Source: a virus (taxonomy: Duplodnaviria; Caudoviricetes). Taken from it: a stretch of 30,993 nucleotides of DNA. The position numbers and the translations under genes are program-made. The stretch spans positions 1-30,993 of the IMG/VR virus record IMGVR_UViG_3300037070_004496; one strand, given 5' to 3'. Shown here one piece after another: positions 16,283 through 24,353 of the stretch. How positions within the stretch are numbered: position 1 is the first letter of the stretch; every line of letters starts with the position of its first letter. The notes under the pieces are model-generated. The model saw nothing but the letters and a program-made list of their open reading frames with translations. It did no database searches and was not told the origin of the DNA.

Positions 16283-17350
16283 GTGCCGAGTCCTTCTTCT
16301 TTGACGCTCAATTACGATGCTCTGCTCTCCACCACCCTGTTCAATTACAGGAAGACGCTGGAGGACAACATCTCCACCGGGAATGCATTCTTCTGGTGGC
16401 TCAAGAACAAGCGGGAGCGTGGGTACAAGGGTGTGGACAACATCGGGGAGAGGATTCAGATTCCCTTGATGTACGAGCTGGGTCGGGCCGACTTCTACAG
16501 TGGCTACGATCTGCTCGACACCACGCCGATGGACGGGATCACGTCCGCCTTCTACGACTGGCGGCAGATGGCGGTGCCCATCTCCATCAGCCGCAAGGAG
16601 GAGCGCCAGAACAGCAACGAGGCCCAGATCATCGACCTGCTGGAGAGCAAGATCGAGCAGGCCGAGCTGGGCATCCAGGAGCTGTTCGGGAAGGCTCTGC
16701 TCCAGGGCAACCTGCCCACGGGCGGGTCTCCTATCGTCCCTTACGTGTCGGCCGCGAACGGCGCGTCCGGTTTCGATCCGCTGGGCAAGGCTGTGACCCC
16801 CGATCCCACGGCGGCGCTCACGTACGGCAACATCGCCCAGAACACCTACACCTGGTGGAGAAACCAGTTCAAGAGCTTCACCGGCATCACCACGAATGCG
16901 GCGTACCGCACGGCGCTCACGAACCTCTACAACAACTGCTCCAAGGGTCCCGGGGGACCGCCCGACTTCGCTCTCTGCGACCAGGGCACCTACGAGCAGT
17001 ACGAGACCTACCTGGCCAGCTACCACCGTAACCCCGATTACGGCAAGGCCGACATCCCCTTCGAGAACATCAAGTTCAAGGGGTCCACGATCATGTGGGA
17101 CGAGTTCATCGCCGACTACTCGACGCCGGGCGCGATGACCACGAACAAGGGGTGCCTGTTCTTCCTGAACATGAAGTTCTGGGAGATGCGGTACGACAAG
17201 CAGACCAACTTCATCAGCGATCCGTTCCAGCGGCCCGTCAACCAGGACGCGAAGACCAGCCACATCCTCTGGTTGGGGGCGGCCTGCACCAGCAACCGGC
17301 GCAAGCACGGCATCGGGTTCAACATCCCGAAGGACACGGTTCTCACCTAG
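16283..17350 (+). CDS. Major capsid protein (HK97 fold inferred)
   Basis: 355 aa after the scaffold; GERIQIPLMY, YSGYDLLD, FENIKFKG and CTSNRRKHG motifs; highly biased codons; AGGAG RBS. Confidence 0.9.
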   Translation: MPSPSSLTLNYDALLSTTLFNYRKTLEDNISTGNAFFWWLKNKRERGYKGVDNIGERIQIPLMYELGRADFYSGYDLLDTTPMDGITSAFYDWRQMAVPISISRKEERQNSNEAQIIDLLESKIEQAELGIQELFGKALLQGNLPTGGSPIVPYVSAANGASGFDPLGKAVTPDPTAALTYGNIAQNTYTWWRNQFKSFTGITTNAAYRTALTNLYNNCSKGPGGPPDFALCDQGTYEQYETYLASYHRNPDYGKADIPFENIKFKGSTIMWDEFIADYSTPGAMTTNKGCLFFLNMKFWEMRYDKQTNFISDPFQRPVNQDAKTSHILWLGAACTSNRRKHGIGFNIPKDTVLT

Positions 17351-17374
17351 ACTGACAGCAGAGAGCGAAAGTAG

Positions 17375-17407
17375 GCTGCCGGGTAACGCCTTTGCCCGGC
17401 AGCTTTC
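17375..17407 (+). terminator. Hairpin/terminator after the major capsid gene
   Basis: GCTGCCGGGTAA-cgcct-TTGCCCGGCAGC followed by TTT. Confidence 0.55.
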
Positions 17408-17445
17408 ACCCAACACACAGGGCGCTAGAGATAAGAGGTAATCCA

Positions 17446-17880
17446 GTGTACTTCCCCACCATCAACCGTGACCGAGCCGAGCGCGGCTTCGGGGTGTTCT
17501 ACAACGCCTCGGGAGCCACCATGACCGCAGGGTACCCCGCCGTGCTGGACACGACCGCCACACTCGTGGACGGCAACCGGGTGACGAAGCCCCTCGCCGC
17601 GCTGCTGTCCCTGTTCGTGGGAGTGGCAGCGGAGAACATCGCCGATCAGGCGTACGGCAAGTTCCAGACCTACGGCTACTGCCAGAGCATCCTGGTCACG
17701 AACGACGCCTCCCAGGCCATCGCGGCGGGAGACATCCTCGTTCCCGTCACGGCGCAGTGGCACCTCGCCCGTTCCGGAGTCAGCGACGGTAAGAGCGGTT
17801 TCATCGTCGCCGCCGCCGCCGTCGCCACGGCTGCCACGCCCGCTGCGGCCCTCGTCAAGGGCTTCATCCGGGCTCTCTGA
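17446..17880 (+). CDS. Capsid decoration/cement protein
   Basis: Ala/Gly-rich beta protein after the MCP (FVGVAAENIA...YG, IAAGDIL); start reassigned to GTG 17446 after AAGAGGT. Confidence 0.75.
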   Translation: MYFPTINRDRAERGFGVFYNASGATMTAGYPAVLDTTATLVDGNRVTKPLAALLSLFVGVAAENIADQAYGKFQTYGYCQSILVTNDASQAIAAGDILVPVTAQWHLARSGVSDGKSGFIVAAAAVATAATPAAALVKGFIRAL

Positions 17881-17898
17881 ACCACCTCGCGTAAGCGA

Positions 17899-17948
17899 GT
17901 CCCCGGCTGGCTGGTTACCGTTCCCCGCCAGCCAGTCGGGGACGTTTT
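17899..17948 (+). terminator. Rho-independent terminator
   Basis: GTCCCCGGCTGGCTGG...CCAGCCAGTCGGGGAC followed by GTTTT. Confidence 0.65.
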
Positions 17949-17958
17949 GCGAGGTAAC

Positions 17959-18801
17959 GTGGAAGTAACACAGAGTAGGTCCATTCCGGGCATCCAGCTC
18001 CAGCTGGAGACTTCCGCCGTTTGCCACGCTCGCTGCGTCTTCTGCGAGTATCCCAGGATGCGACGGGCGAAGGGCTTCATGGACCGGGACCTTTGCCGGA
18101 AGATCCTGACCGAGGCCGCGACCATCCCCCAGATCAATTCGGTGTGCTTCACGGGTCTGGGAGAACCTCTCATCGACCAGTACCTGGAGGAGCGTATCGC
18201 CTTCGCCAGGAAGCTGTGCCCCGAGTGGGTAATCGACGTTTACACCGCAGGGACCCACCTGACGAACGTCAAGGCCGTCGCCCTGGCTGACGCGGGACTC
18301 ACCAACTTGTACGTTTCGCTCAATGCTGTCTCAGCGGAGAAGCGACTCGCTATCATGGGCCTGCCCGACTTCGACAAGGTGGTGGAGCAGATCAGGTACG
18401 CCACCGCGATTGGGAAGTACCGGGTGGTGGTAAAGGCCGTTAGCGAGAAGGACCTTTTCGAGATGGGCGAGAATGAAATCTTCATGGCGATGTGGGGAGA
18501 CTTCCGGGAGGGTGGGCAAGGTTTCCTTCACCAGGAAGGCAACTGGGCCGGGGAGACCTACCTACCACGCATTACCCCCACTGCTGGATGCTCCCGTGCT
18601 CTGGGCCAGATCATGGTGCTCTGGGACGGACGGGTGTCGCTGTGCTGTTTCGACGGCGAGGGGAAAGAGATTCTTGGGGACTTGAGGACCCAGACGATTC
18701 GGGAGGTCTACAATGGTCCCCACGCCACTGGGATCAGGGAGGCTCACTTCACCGGAAAGCGAGCGAGCATCCCGATTTGCGCGGGGTGCACGGGGATATG
18801 A
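17959..18801 (+). CDS. Radical SAM protein with C-terminal SPASM/Twitch domain
   Basis: CHARCVFC (CxxxCxxC), GLGEP motif, C-terminal C...DGRVSLCCFD...CAGC; GTG start after GAGGT. Confidence 0.92.
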   Translation: MEVTQSRSIPGIQLQLETSAVCHARCVFCEYPRMRRAKGFMDRDLCRKILTEAATIPQINSVCFTGLGEPLIDQYLEERIAFARKLCPEWVIDVYTAGTHLTNVKAVALADAGLTNLYVSLNAVSAEKRLAIMGLPDFDKVVEQIRYATAIGKYRVVVKAVSEKDLFEMGENEIFMAMWGDFREGGQGFLHQEGNWAGETYLPRITPTAGCSRALGQIMVLWDGRVSLCCFDGEGKEILGDLRTQTIREVYNGPHATGIREAHFTGKRASIPICAGCTGI

Positions 18802-19046
18802 GAACCGCCATCGTCATGGGTAGCATGGATTACTTCTTCTACAGGTGCCATCGCTGCGCCCGGCTCATCACGATCCTGGAGGAGAAGGCCGAGATCCGGA
18901 AGGGGCTCATGTGCCCCTGCGGGTCCCTGAACTACAAACCTACCAACCTACTTTGGTACGACTGGCTGAAGCCGAAGGTGTGGCGGGTGACGATCGTCCG
19001 CATGCTCGGCGGCTTCGATGAGACGAGGAGTGGGTACACGACGTGA
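18798..19046 (+). CDS. Small Zn-finger protein
   Basis: ATGA-coupled start at 18798; RCHRC...MCPCGS. Confidence 0.7.
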   Translation: MRTAIVMGSMDYFFYRCHRCARLITILEEKAEIRKGLMCPCGSLNYKPTNLLWYDWLKPKVWRVTIVRMLGGFDETRSGYTT

Positions 19047-19384
19047 GGTGGCTACTGGTCGTTACCCTGGCTTGCCTCCCCGGCTGTGCGTTCCATCTCC
19101 AGGGCCTTAGCGCGGGCTTGTGGCACGAGAGCAGGGCCGATCCCCCGCAGCCGCCGCGCCCGGTGGTGACGACGACGACGGTGGTGGCCCCTGCACCAGC
19201 GCCCGTCTCCGGTACTTCCACCGTGCTCGTGAACCTGACCAGGATTCTCATGTGCATGGGCAAGAGCGACAACGAGGTGCTGGACGCTCTGCGGGAAGCG
19301 GGGGTCGGGGCGGAAGCGACGATGTACGTGATGATTGCCCAGAACGACCTGTGTGCGGACGGTCACCCGCCCAGGATCAGGTAA
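19043..19384 (+). CDS. Putative lipoprotein
   Basis: MRWLLVVTLACLPGC lipobox-like signal; GAGGAG RBS. Confidence 0.65.
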   Translation: MRWLLVVTLACLPGCAFHLQGLSAGLWHESRADPPQPPRPVVTTTTVVAPAPAPVSGTSTVLVNLTRILMCMGKSDNEVLDALREAGVGAEATMYVMIAQNDLCADGHPPRIR

Positions 19385-19395
19385 TGGAGGCTGCG

Positions 19396-19881
19396 ATGAG
19401 GCGTCTTGTCCTGCTGTTCGCTGTGATGTCGCTGCCAGCCTGCCTGGACTTTGGCGACAAGAACACCACGTTCGTGAATGGCCAGACGCAGGGCAGCAGC
19501 CCGACCAATGCGTCTCCGGTGGTGGCGGACCCCGCGCTCGCTATCGGCTGCCCGGTGCGGCGGCTGGCCGGTGGCGTGTTCGGAGACGTACACAGTGTGG
19601 AGTGCGTGACCCGAGTCGCCAACGTGGTGCCCGTCGGGTGCGTGGTGTACGGCACCGTTACCCCGCTGCTGGAAGATGGCACCCAGGCGGCACCGTCGGT
19701 CCACGGGCAGAACCTGGACATCGACGTGATCGAGGGCTCGGACCGGATCGAGTTCAGCCAGGACGATCTCAACCTGTTCAACTACACGCTGAAGCGGCTG
19801 GGTCCCGGCATGGTCCGGATCAGGGCGTCGCTGGTGCCGCCCGGATGCCCGCTGATCTCTCGGGAGTACTTCTTCCCGTAA
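19396..19881 (+). CDS. Putative lipoprotein with a beta-rich (Ig-like) domain
   Basis: MRRLVLLFAVMSLPAC lipobox after GGAGG; start reassigned from 19120. Confidence 0.7.
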   Translation: MRRLVLLFAVMSLPACLDFGDKNTTFVNGQTQGSSPTNASPVVADPALAIGCPVRRLAGGVFGDVHSVECVTRVANVVPVGCVVYGTVTPLLEDGTQAAPSVHGQNLDIDVIEGSDRIEFSQDDLNLFNYTLKRLGPGMVRIRASLVPPGCPLISREYFFP

Positions 19882-19909
19882 ACGACGTTACAACAGAAGG
19901 GAGGCAGTT

Positions 19910-20224
19910 ATGGCAGCAGCGACGAAGAAGGTCAAGAAGAAGGTTCGCGGGTACAACGAGCACGGCAAGGTGGTGGTGGAGGAGGTGGAAGCCGAGGCCC
20001 AGCTGGTCCTCGCCCAGACGGGGCTCCAGGAGGTGGAGGAGGGTTTCATCCTGGTGACCGCAATCAACGAGGACGGGACCGTGGACGGGTTCACGTTCTT
20101 CCAGAGCGACGGGGACGTTCGGGTGGTCCGTGGCTACACCCCGGACGCCCCCCCTCCCCCCGAAGCCGATGTCGAGACGGCCAGGGGGTCTCGCAAGGAG
20201 CCGGATCGCAAGGAGTCCCGGTGA
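19910..20224 (+). CDS. Hypothetical protein
   Basis: 104 aa; GGGAGG RBS. Confidence 0.7.
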   Translation: MAAATKKVKKKVRGYNEHGKVVVEEVEAEAQLVLAQTGLQEVEEGFILVTAINEDGTVDGFTFFQSDGDVRVVRGYTPDAPPPPEADVETARGSRKEPDRKESR

Positions 20225-20883
20225 ATCTGATCTTTGCTTCTCCCACCTACGGCCCGGTGGAGGCCCCAGCCCGGAATTCGCAGTTCGCTGCCATCATGAA
20301 GGCGACGAGGAACGGCGTTACCTGGGTCGGCCCCGCGTGCCCCGAGAAGCAGAAGTTTGATGTTGCTCGCAACCAGGTTGTCCGGTCGGCACTGGACAGC
20401 CCCGATCAGGTAGATGGGATCTTCTGGTGCGACAGCGACATCGTTTTGCCCGTAGATGCAGTACGTATCGCCTGTTACGGCAAGGACTTTGTAACGGGCT
20501 TTTACTACCAGAAGTCGCCCCCGTACTGGCCCCTGGTGGGAGCCCGCCACAAGACGGGCTTCACCTGGCTCACCAGCTGGCCCGAGGATGTGGTGCTCGC
20601 GGTGGACGGCTGCGGCTTCGGCTGCGTGTACACGAGCATGGCCATGATCCGGAAGATGGACGTGCCCCACTTCGAGTACAACGCGGAGGTGAGCGAGGAC
20701 CTGTTCTTCTGCCGGAAGGCGGCCGAGCTGGGGTTCCAGCTATTCGCCGATACCGGGGTCCAGTGCGGGCACCTGCCGACCCCCGAGCCGGTCACCCAGA
20801 AGCACTTCGATTCGGTGAAGGATCGGCTGCACGAGTTCATCACCCCTGAATGGGCTCAGAAGCCCAAGGACAGTGCAGCGTGA
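20221..20883 (+). CDS. GT-A fold (family 2-like) glycosyltransferase
   Basis: ARNQVV, DxD motif WCDSDIV, GCGFGCV, SEDLFFC and DTGVQCGH. Confidence 0.88.
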   Translation: MNLIFASPTYGPVEAPARNSQFAAIMKATRNGVTWVGPACPEKQKFDVARNQVVRSALDSPDQVDGIFWCDSDIVLPVDAVRIACYGKDFVTGFYYQKSPPYWPLVGARHKTGFTWLTSWPEDVVLAVDGCGFGCVYTSMAMIRKMDVPHFEYNAEVSEDLFFCRKAAELGFQLFADTGVQCGHLPTPEPVTQKHFDSVKDRLHEFITPEWAQKPKDSAA

Positions 20884-21041
20884 GCCACCGCGTTCTCCAT
20901 CGGGACGTGGAGGAAAGTCTCCACAACGATGTAACAGAGCATTACGTTGCAGAGCACTCGCATCCTGCGGGGGGCCAGGTCCCGAATCACCAGGACCACC
21001 AGGAACCAGCAGAGATCCTGTGCGATGACAGCGGGGATCAT
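20856..21041 (-). CDS. Small hydrophobic protein (second gene of an antisense moron)
   Basis: MIPAVIAQDLCWFLVVLVI...; ATGA-coupled to 21038..21229. Confidence 0.5.
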   Translation of the reverse strand: MIPAVIAQDLCWFLVVLVIRDLAPRRMRVLCNVMLCYIVVETFLHVPMENAVAHAALSLGF

Positions 21042-21229
21042 CGGCTGTACTTCCAGAAGCAGCCGAGGAAGACGGCGGGCGCGCCGAGCAAGGCCACCAC
21101 GTCGAAGACCCTCTCCAGCTCGTGGGAGCCACCAGCGGCACCCCCCATGAACAAGGTCCAGAAGAAGAACCAAACGACCGTTACAAACCAGGCGACTCCG
21201 AACCCGAATACGACGTTCTTCAGCTTCAT
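21038..21229 (-). CDS. Small two-TM membrane protein (antisense moron)
   Basis: MKLKNVVFGFGVAWFVTVVWFFFWTLFMGG...VVALLGAPAVFLGCFWKYSR; own promoter immediately upstream. Confidence 0.7.
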   Translation of the reverse strand: MKLKNVVFGFGVAWFVTVVWFFFWTLFMGGAAGGSHELERVFDVVALLGAPAVFLGCFWKYSR

Positions 21230-21237
21230 AGTAAGAG

Positions 21238-21266
21238 ACGTTACCACATCAGTGCGTACGTGTCAA
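21238..21266 (-). promoter_or_regulatory. Sigma70-like promoter for the antisense moron, overlapped by GTAA-N6-TTAC
   Basis: TTGACA (21266-61), 17 bp, TAACGT (21243-38); palindrome GTAAGAGACGTTAC at 21231-21244; ATG at 21229 (near-leaderless). Confidence 0.7.
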
Positions 21267-21276
21267 GGGGGTAGCA

Positions 21277-22368
21277 ATGGGTAATTACGGAATCATGGCC
21301 CCTCTGTTTCAGGGTGCCGTGGCCAACCAGCGGCGGATGTTGCCGGGGTCCACCCGAGACGATGTGGCCGCCGTTCCGGGGTTGGGGGCTGGCCTCGGTG
21401 CTCGCCCGTCTGCCACAGCTCCCGGGACCGTCGCCGCGACATCGATGCCCGGGATGATCGGTGCAGGACCCATGCCGGGGAGCCCCGCCCCCGGGAGCCT
21501 GCAACTGGCTGGGCAGGATCTACTCAATTCGGCTCGCGGTGGGGTGGATGCGTTACTCGGTGCAAGGTTCGGTAACGCCAATGCAGGTAACGACAAATAC
21601 ATGCTGGAACTGTCCGGGGTCCCTGGTGTCTTCGCTGGGGCCAACGCAGGCAACCCCTATGCCGAGCGGCAAGCATCCCAGTACCTGGGAACGAAGGAGC
21701 GGGGTCCTGGCCTGGCTGGGTTGTTCAACGACATCGCCATCTACGACAACCTGAACAACTTTGCAAGTTTCTATCACGGAGGGGGGAGACTTGACCCCCG
21801 TGCCTACAACAACTGGGAGGCTGGGAACCAGGCTCGTGCGAACACGCTCGACCCGTACGGGCTCGACCGGAGAGCGGGGCAACCCAACCCGTACCACGCC
21901 ACCCCACCCCCGTCATCCGTGCCCCCGACCAATCCGATCTACTACAACCAGTTCACTCCTGGTGCAGCTGGCTCCGGAGGTAACCTCACTGTAGGTCCGA
22001 ACGGGAACCTGGTGTTCGGCAGCGGAGTGGGAGCGGACTCGGCCACGGGCGGTGCGGTGGATCAGTTCGGGAACCCGCTCGCTCCTGGCGATGCTCCCGT
22101 CGATTACCTCCCCAACACGGGGCAGGACTCCCGTTTCAACACGCTCCTGCCCACCACGCCAAAGGCCCAGAGACCGCCGATGTTCGTCCCACCTCCCACG
22201 ACGCGGCCGAATCCGTTCGGGGCCGGGCCTGGCTCCACCCTCACTCCGGAGGAGCAGCGCATCGCTCACGGCTGGACTCCCAACGATCCGTACGCCAGGG
22301 GCTGGGGGCTCTCGGGCGGTAGCGGTCCCAGCATGCAGGAGATCATGGGCTTCTACGGCGGTTACTGA
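21277..22368 (+). CDS. Gly/Pro/Asn-rich low-complexity protein, possibly an internal virion/ejection protein
   Basis: 363 aa, TGATG-coupled to the adaptor gene; the function is inferred from composition and position. Confidence 0.6.
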   Translation: MGNYGIMAPLFQGAVANQRRMLPGSTRDDVAAVPGLGAGLGARPSATAPGTVAATSMPGMIGAGPMPGSPAPGSLQLAGQDLLNSARGGVDALLGARFGNANAGNDKYMLELSGVPGVFAGANAGNPYAERQASQYLGTKERGPGLAGLFNDIAIYDNLNNFASFYHGGGRLDPRAYNNWEAGNQARANTLDPYGLDRRAGQPNPYHATPPPSSVPPTNPIYYNQFTPGAAGSGGNLTVGPNGNLVFGSGVGADSATGGAVDQFGNPLAPGDAPVDYLPNTGQDSRFNTLLPTTPKAQRPPMFVPPPTTRPNPFGAGPGSTLTPEEQRIAHGWTPNDPYARGWGLSGGSGPSMQEIMGFYGGY

Positions 22369-23012
22369 TGAACTTCCTGGCTATGCAGAACGAGGTGATC
22401 CGGCGAATGGAGGAGACCGATGTCCCCATTCGCTGGACCCTGGAGGAGATGAAGGACTGCATTAACGACGGTTACCAGGACCTGTGCATCCACTCCGCTT
22501 GCTACGAGGTGGAGCGGCAGTTCCCGCTGGACGACTCCCTCTACTACAACTTGCATGACGAATACAAGCGGGAAGAACAATTTCTCAACATCGTCCGAAT
22601 TCAGAACTTGACAACGGGGCGCTGGCTTGATTGGGAGAGCACGGACCGGCTGGACGTGGAGTACTACTACCGGTGGCAGACGCTGGAGGGCGAGCCCCAG
22701 ATGATCGTGGCCCGGGGGCCGTGGACGCTCGGCTTCTTCCCTCGGGGTAACGATGAGAACCTTCTCCTGAAGTTCGCTGCGGTCCCGGACCGGATGGTGC
22801 AGGACACCGACGTGCCGGTGTTTTCCAGGGAGTTCCACCTGGGCTGTGTCGAGTACGCCAACTATGAGCTACTCTGCATGGACAAGCAGCTGAAGAAGGC
22901 GATCCCGTTCTGGACCCGGTACCTGGAGATCGCCAACGCACTCCGGTTCGGGAAGGCGAGTGGGGGCCAGGTGGAAGGTGGGAGCCGGACCCGCGTACTG
23001 GGTGGTGGGTAA
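22368..23012 (+). CDS. Head-tail adaptor / tail tubular protein A-like
   Basis: RWTLEEMKDCINDGYQDL N-terminus and DTDVPVFSREFHLGCVEYA C-terminus, typical of podophage adaptors. Confidence 0.75.
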   Translation: MNFLAMQNEVIRRMEETDVPIRWTLEEMKDCINDGYQDLCIHSACYEVERQFPLDDSLYYNLHDEYKREEQFLNIVRIQNLTTGRWLDWESTDRLDVEYYYRWQTLEGEPQMIVARGPWTLGFFPRGNDENLLLKFAAVPDRMVQDTDVPVFSREFHLGCVEYANYELLCMDKQLKKAIPFWTRYLEIANALRFGKASGGQVEGGSRTRVLGGG

Positions 23013-23737
23013 TGATTGATACCCTTGGCACGGTGCGGACCCGGATGCGGAGCAAGCTGTCCGACCAGGACCCCGCTGTCTACATCTGGACCGACTCCGA
23101 GCTGAACCAGTACATCCAGGACGGGTACGACCTGTTCTGCCGGACCACCGACTGCCTGTGGGACCGGCAGCCGATTCCGGATGTGGCGTTCCAGCCCGTC
23201 TACGACCTCCCGGAGGGGATCACCAAGCTAGATCGCGTTACCTGGAACGACAACCGGATCTACTCCGATGTCCAGGACAACCTGACCAGCCTGTCCCCTG
23301 CCTTTGAGCGACAGACCGGGAACGTCGTCATGTACCTGGTGGACGGGGACGGCTACCGGAAAATCAGGAAGGTGTGGCCGCCCGCGACCGATGACCCCAC
23401 CAAGTTCCAGGTGGAGTATTTCAGGATCGGTGGCGAGCTAACGAGCGATACCGATGAGTTCGAGATCCCGGACTGGGCCTGTCGTATCGTCTCTTACTAT
23501 GCCCTGGCTCGGGCCTACGAGCGGCGCGGGCCGGGCCAGATCCTGGAGATGTCGCAGCATTACCTCCTTCGCTGGAACGAGGGCCTGGAGCGGATGAAGG
23601 AGCGCGGGTACCGTGCCCAGACCCGCAGGCAGCTAGCATTGGGTGGCTCGGCCCGCGTCCGGATCACCCGAGGAGTTCCCCGGCCGCAGCTCCCTTGGGA
23701 GTACGGCGTCGTCGTCAGATCACGAAGGAGAAGGTAA
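23012..23737 (+). CDS. Second adaptor-family paralog
   Basis: IWTDSELNQYIQDGYDLF, YDLP, DTDEFEIPDW...YYALARAY; same pattern as the preceding gene. Confidence 0.75.
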   Translation: MIDTLGTVRTRMRSKLSDQDPAVYIWTDSELNQYIQDGYDLFCRTTDCLWDRQPIPDVAFQPVYDLPEGITKLDRVTWNDNRIYSDVQDNLTSLSPAFERQTGNVVMYLVDGDGYRKIRKVWPPATDDPTKFQVEYFRIGGELTSDTDEFEIPDWACRIVSYYALARAYERRGPGQILEMSQHYLLRWNEGLERMKERGYRAQTRRQLALGGSARVRITRGVPRPQLPWEYGVVVRSRRRR

Positions 23738-23738
23738 C

Positions 23739-24329
23739 ATGGCTTACGCTCCCGGACAGGTCTTTCACCACAAGGCGACCTATGGAGTCCAGCAGGACTT
23801 CTACTTCACCCTGAACGACCCGGGGTCCACATTGGGTGACCTGTACAACGGGACAGGTGGCCCGTTTGCCATTGGGGACGCCACGATCAGCAAGGACGGC
23901 GGTGTCGATGCCAACTGCGCGAACGCTCCTGCCCAGATCGCGGCCAGTGGCTTCAATTACAGGATCACGCTCACCGCAGCCGAGCTGTCCGCGAGCCGGG
24001 TCATGGTGGCCATCCGGGACGCTACGGCCAGCGAGGTGTTCGGCCCCGCGACCCTGGTCATCGAGACCTATGGCACCGTTACCCTCGGGTCCGGTGGCGT
24101 GAGCGGCGGGAACCCGTGGGACATGGTTCCCACCGGAGAGAACACCAGCACGCCCACGAGCCTGCTGAGCTACGGGAAGCAGATCCAGTCGCTGCTCCAG
24201 AGGTTCTTCGGACGGGTGACCCAGAACAGCAGCAGCCAGATCGTGTACCGCACCGACGACGCCACCGCGCTGGGCACGATGCCGGTCAGCGATGACGGCA
24301 CCACCCAGACGAAGGGCAAGGCCGTCTAG
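23739..24329 (+). CDS. Putative virion structural protein
   Basis: Start reassigned to ATG 23739 (GGAGAAGGT RBS); ISKDGG and YRITLTAAEL beta-rich pattern. Confidence 0.7.
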   Translation: MAYAPGQVFHHKATYGVQQDFYFTLNDPGSTLGDLYNGTGGPFAIGDATISKDGGVDANCANAPAQIAASGFNYRITLTAAELSASRVMVAIRDATASEVFGPATLVIETYGTVTLGSGGVSGGNPWDMVPTGENTSTPTSLLSYGKQIQSLLQRFFGRVTQNSSSQIVYRTDDATALGTMPVSDDGTTQTKGKAV

Positions 24330-24353
24330 TCCGGCTTCACTGTAGAGGTAACG

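Noticed and set aside
12705-17416. Long minus-strand ORFs 12705..14411 and 15938..17416
   Set aside because: Antisense to the portal and capsid genes, with no motifs; explained by codon bias.
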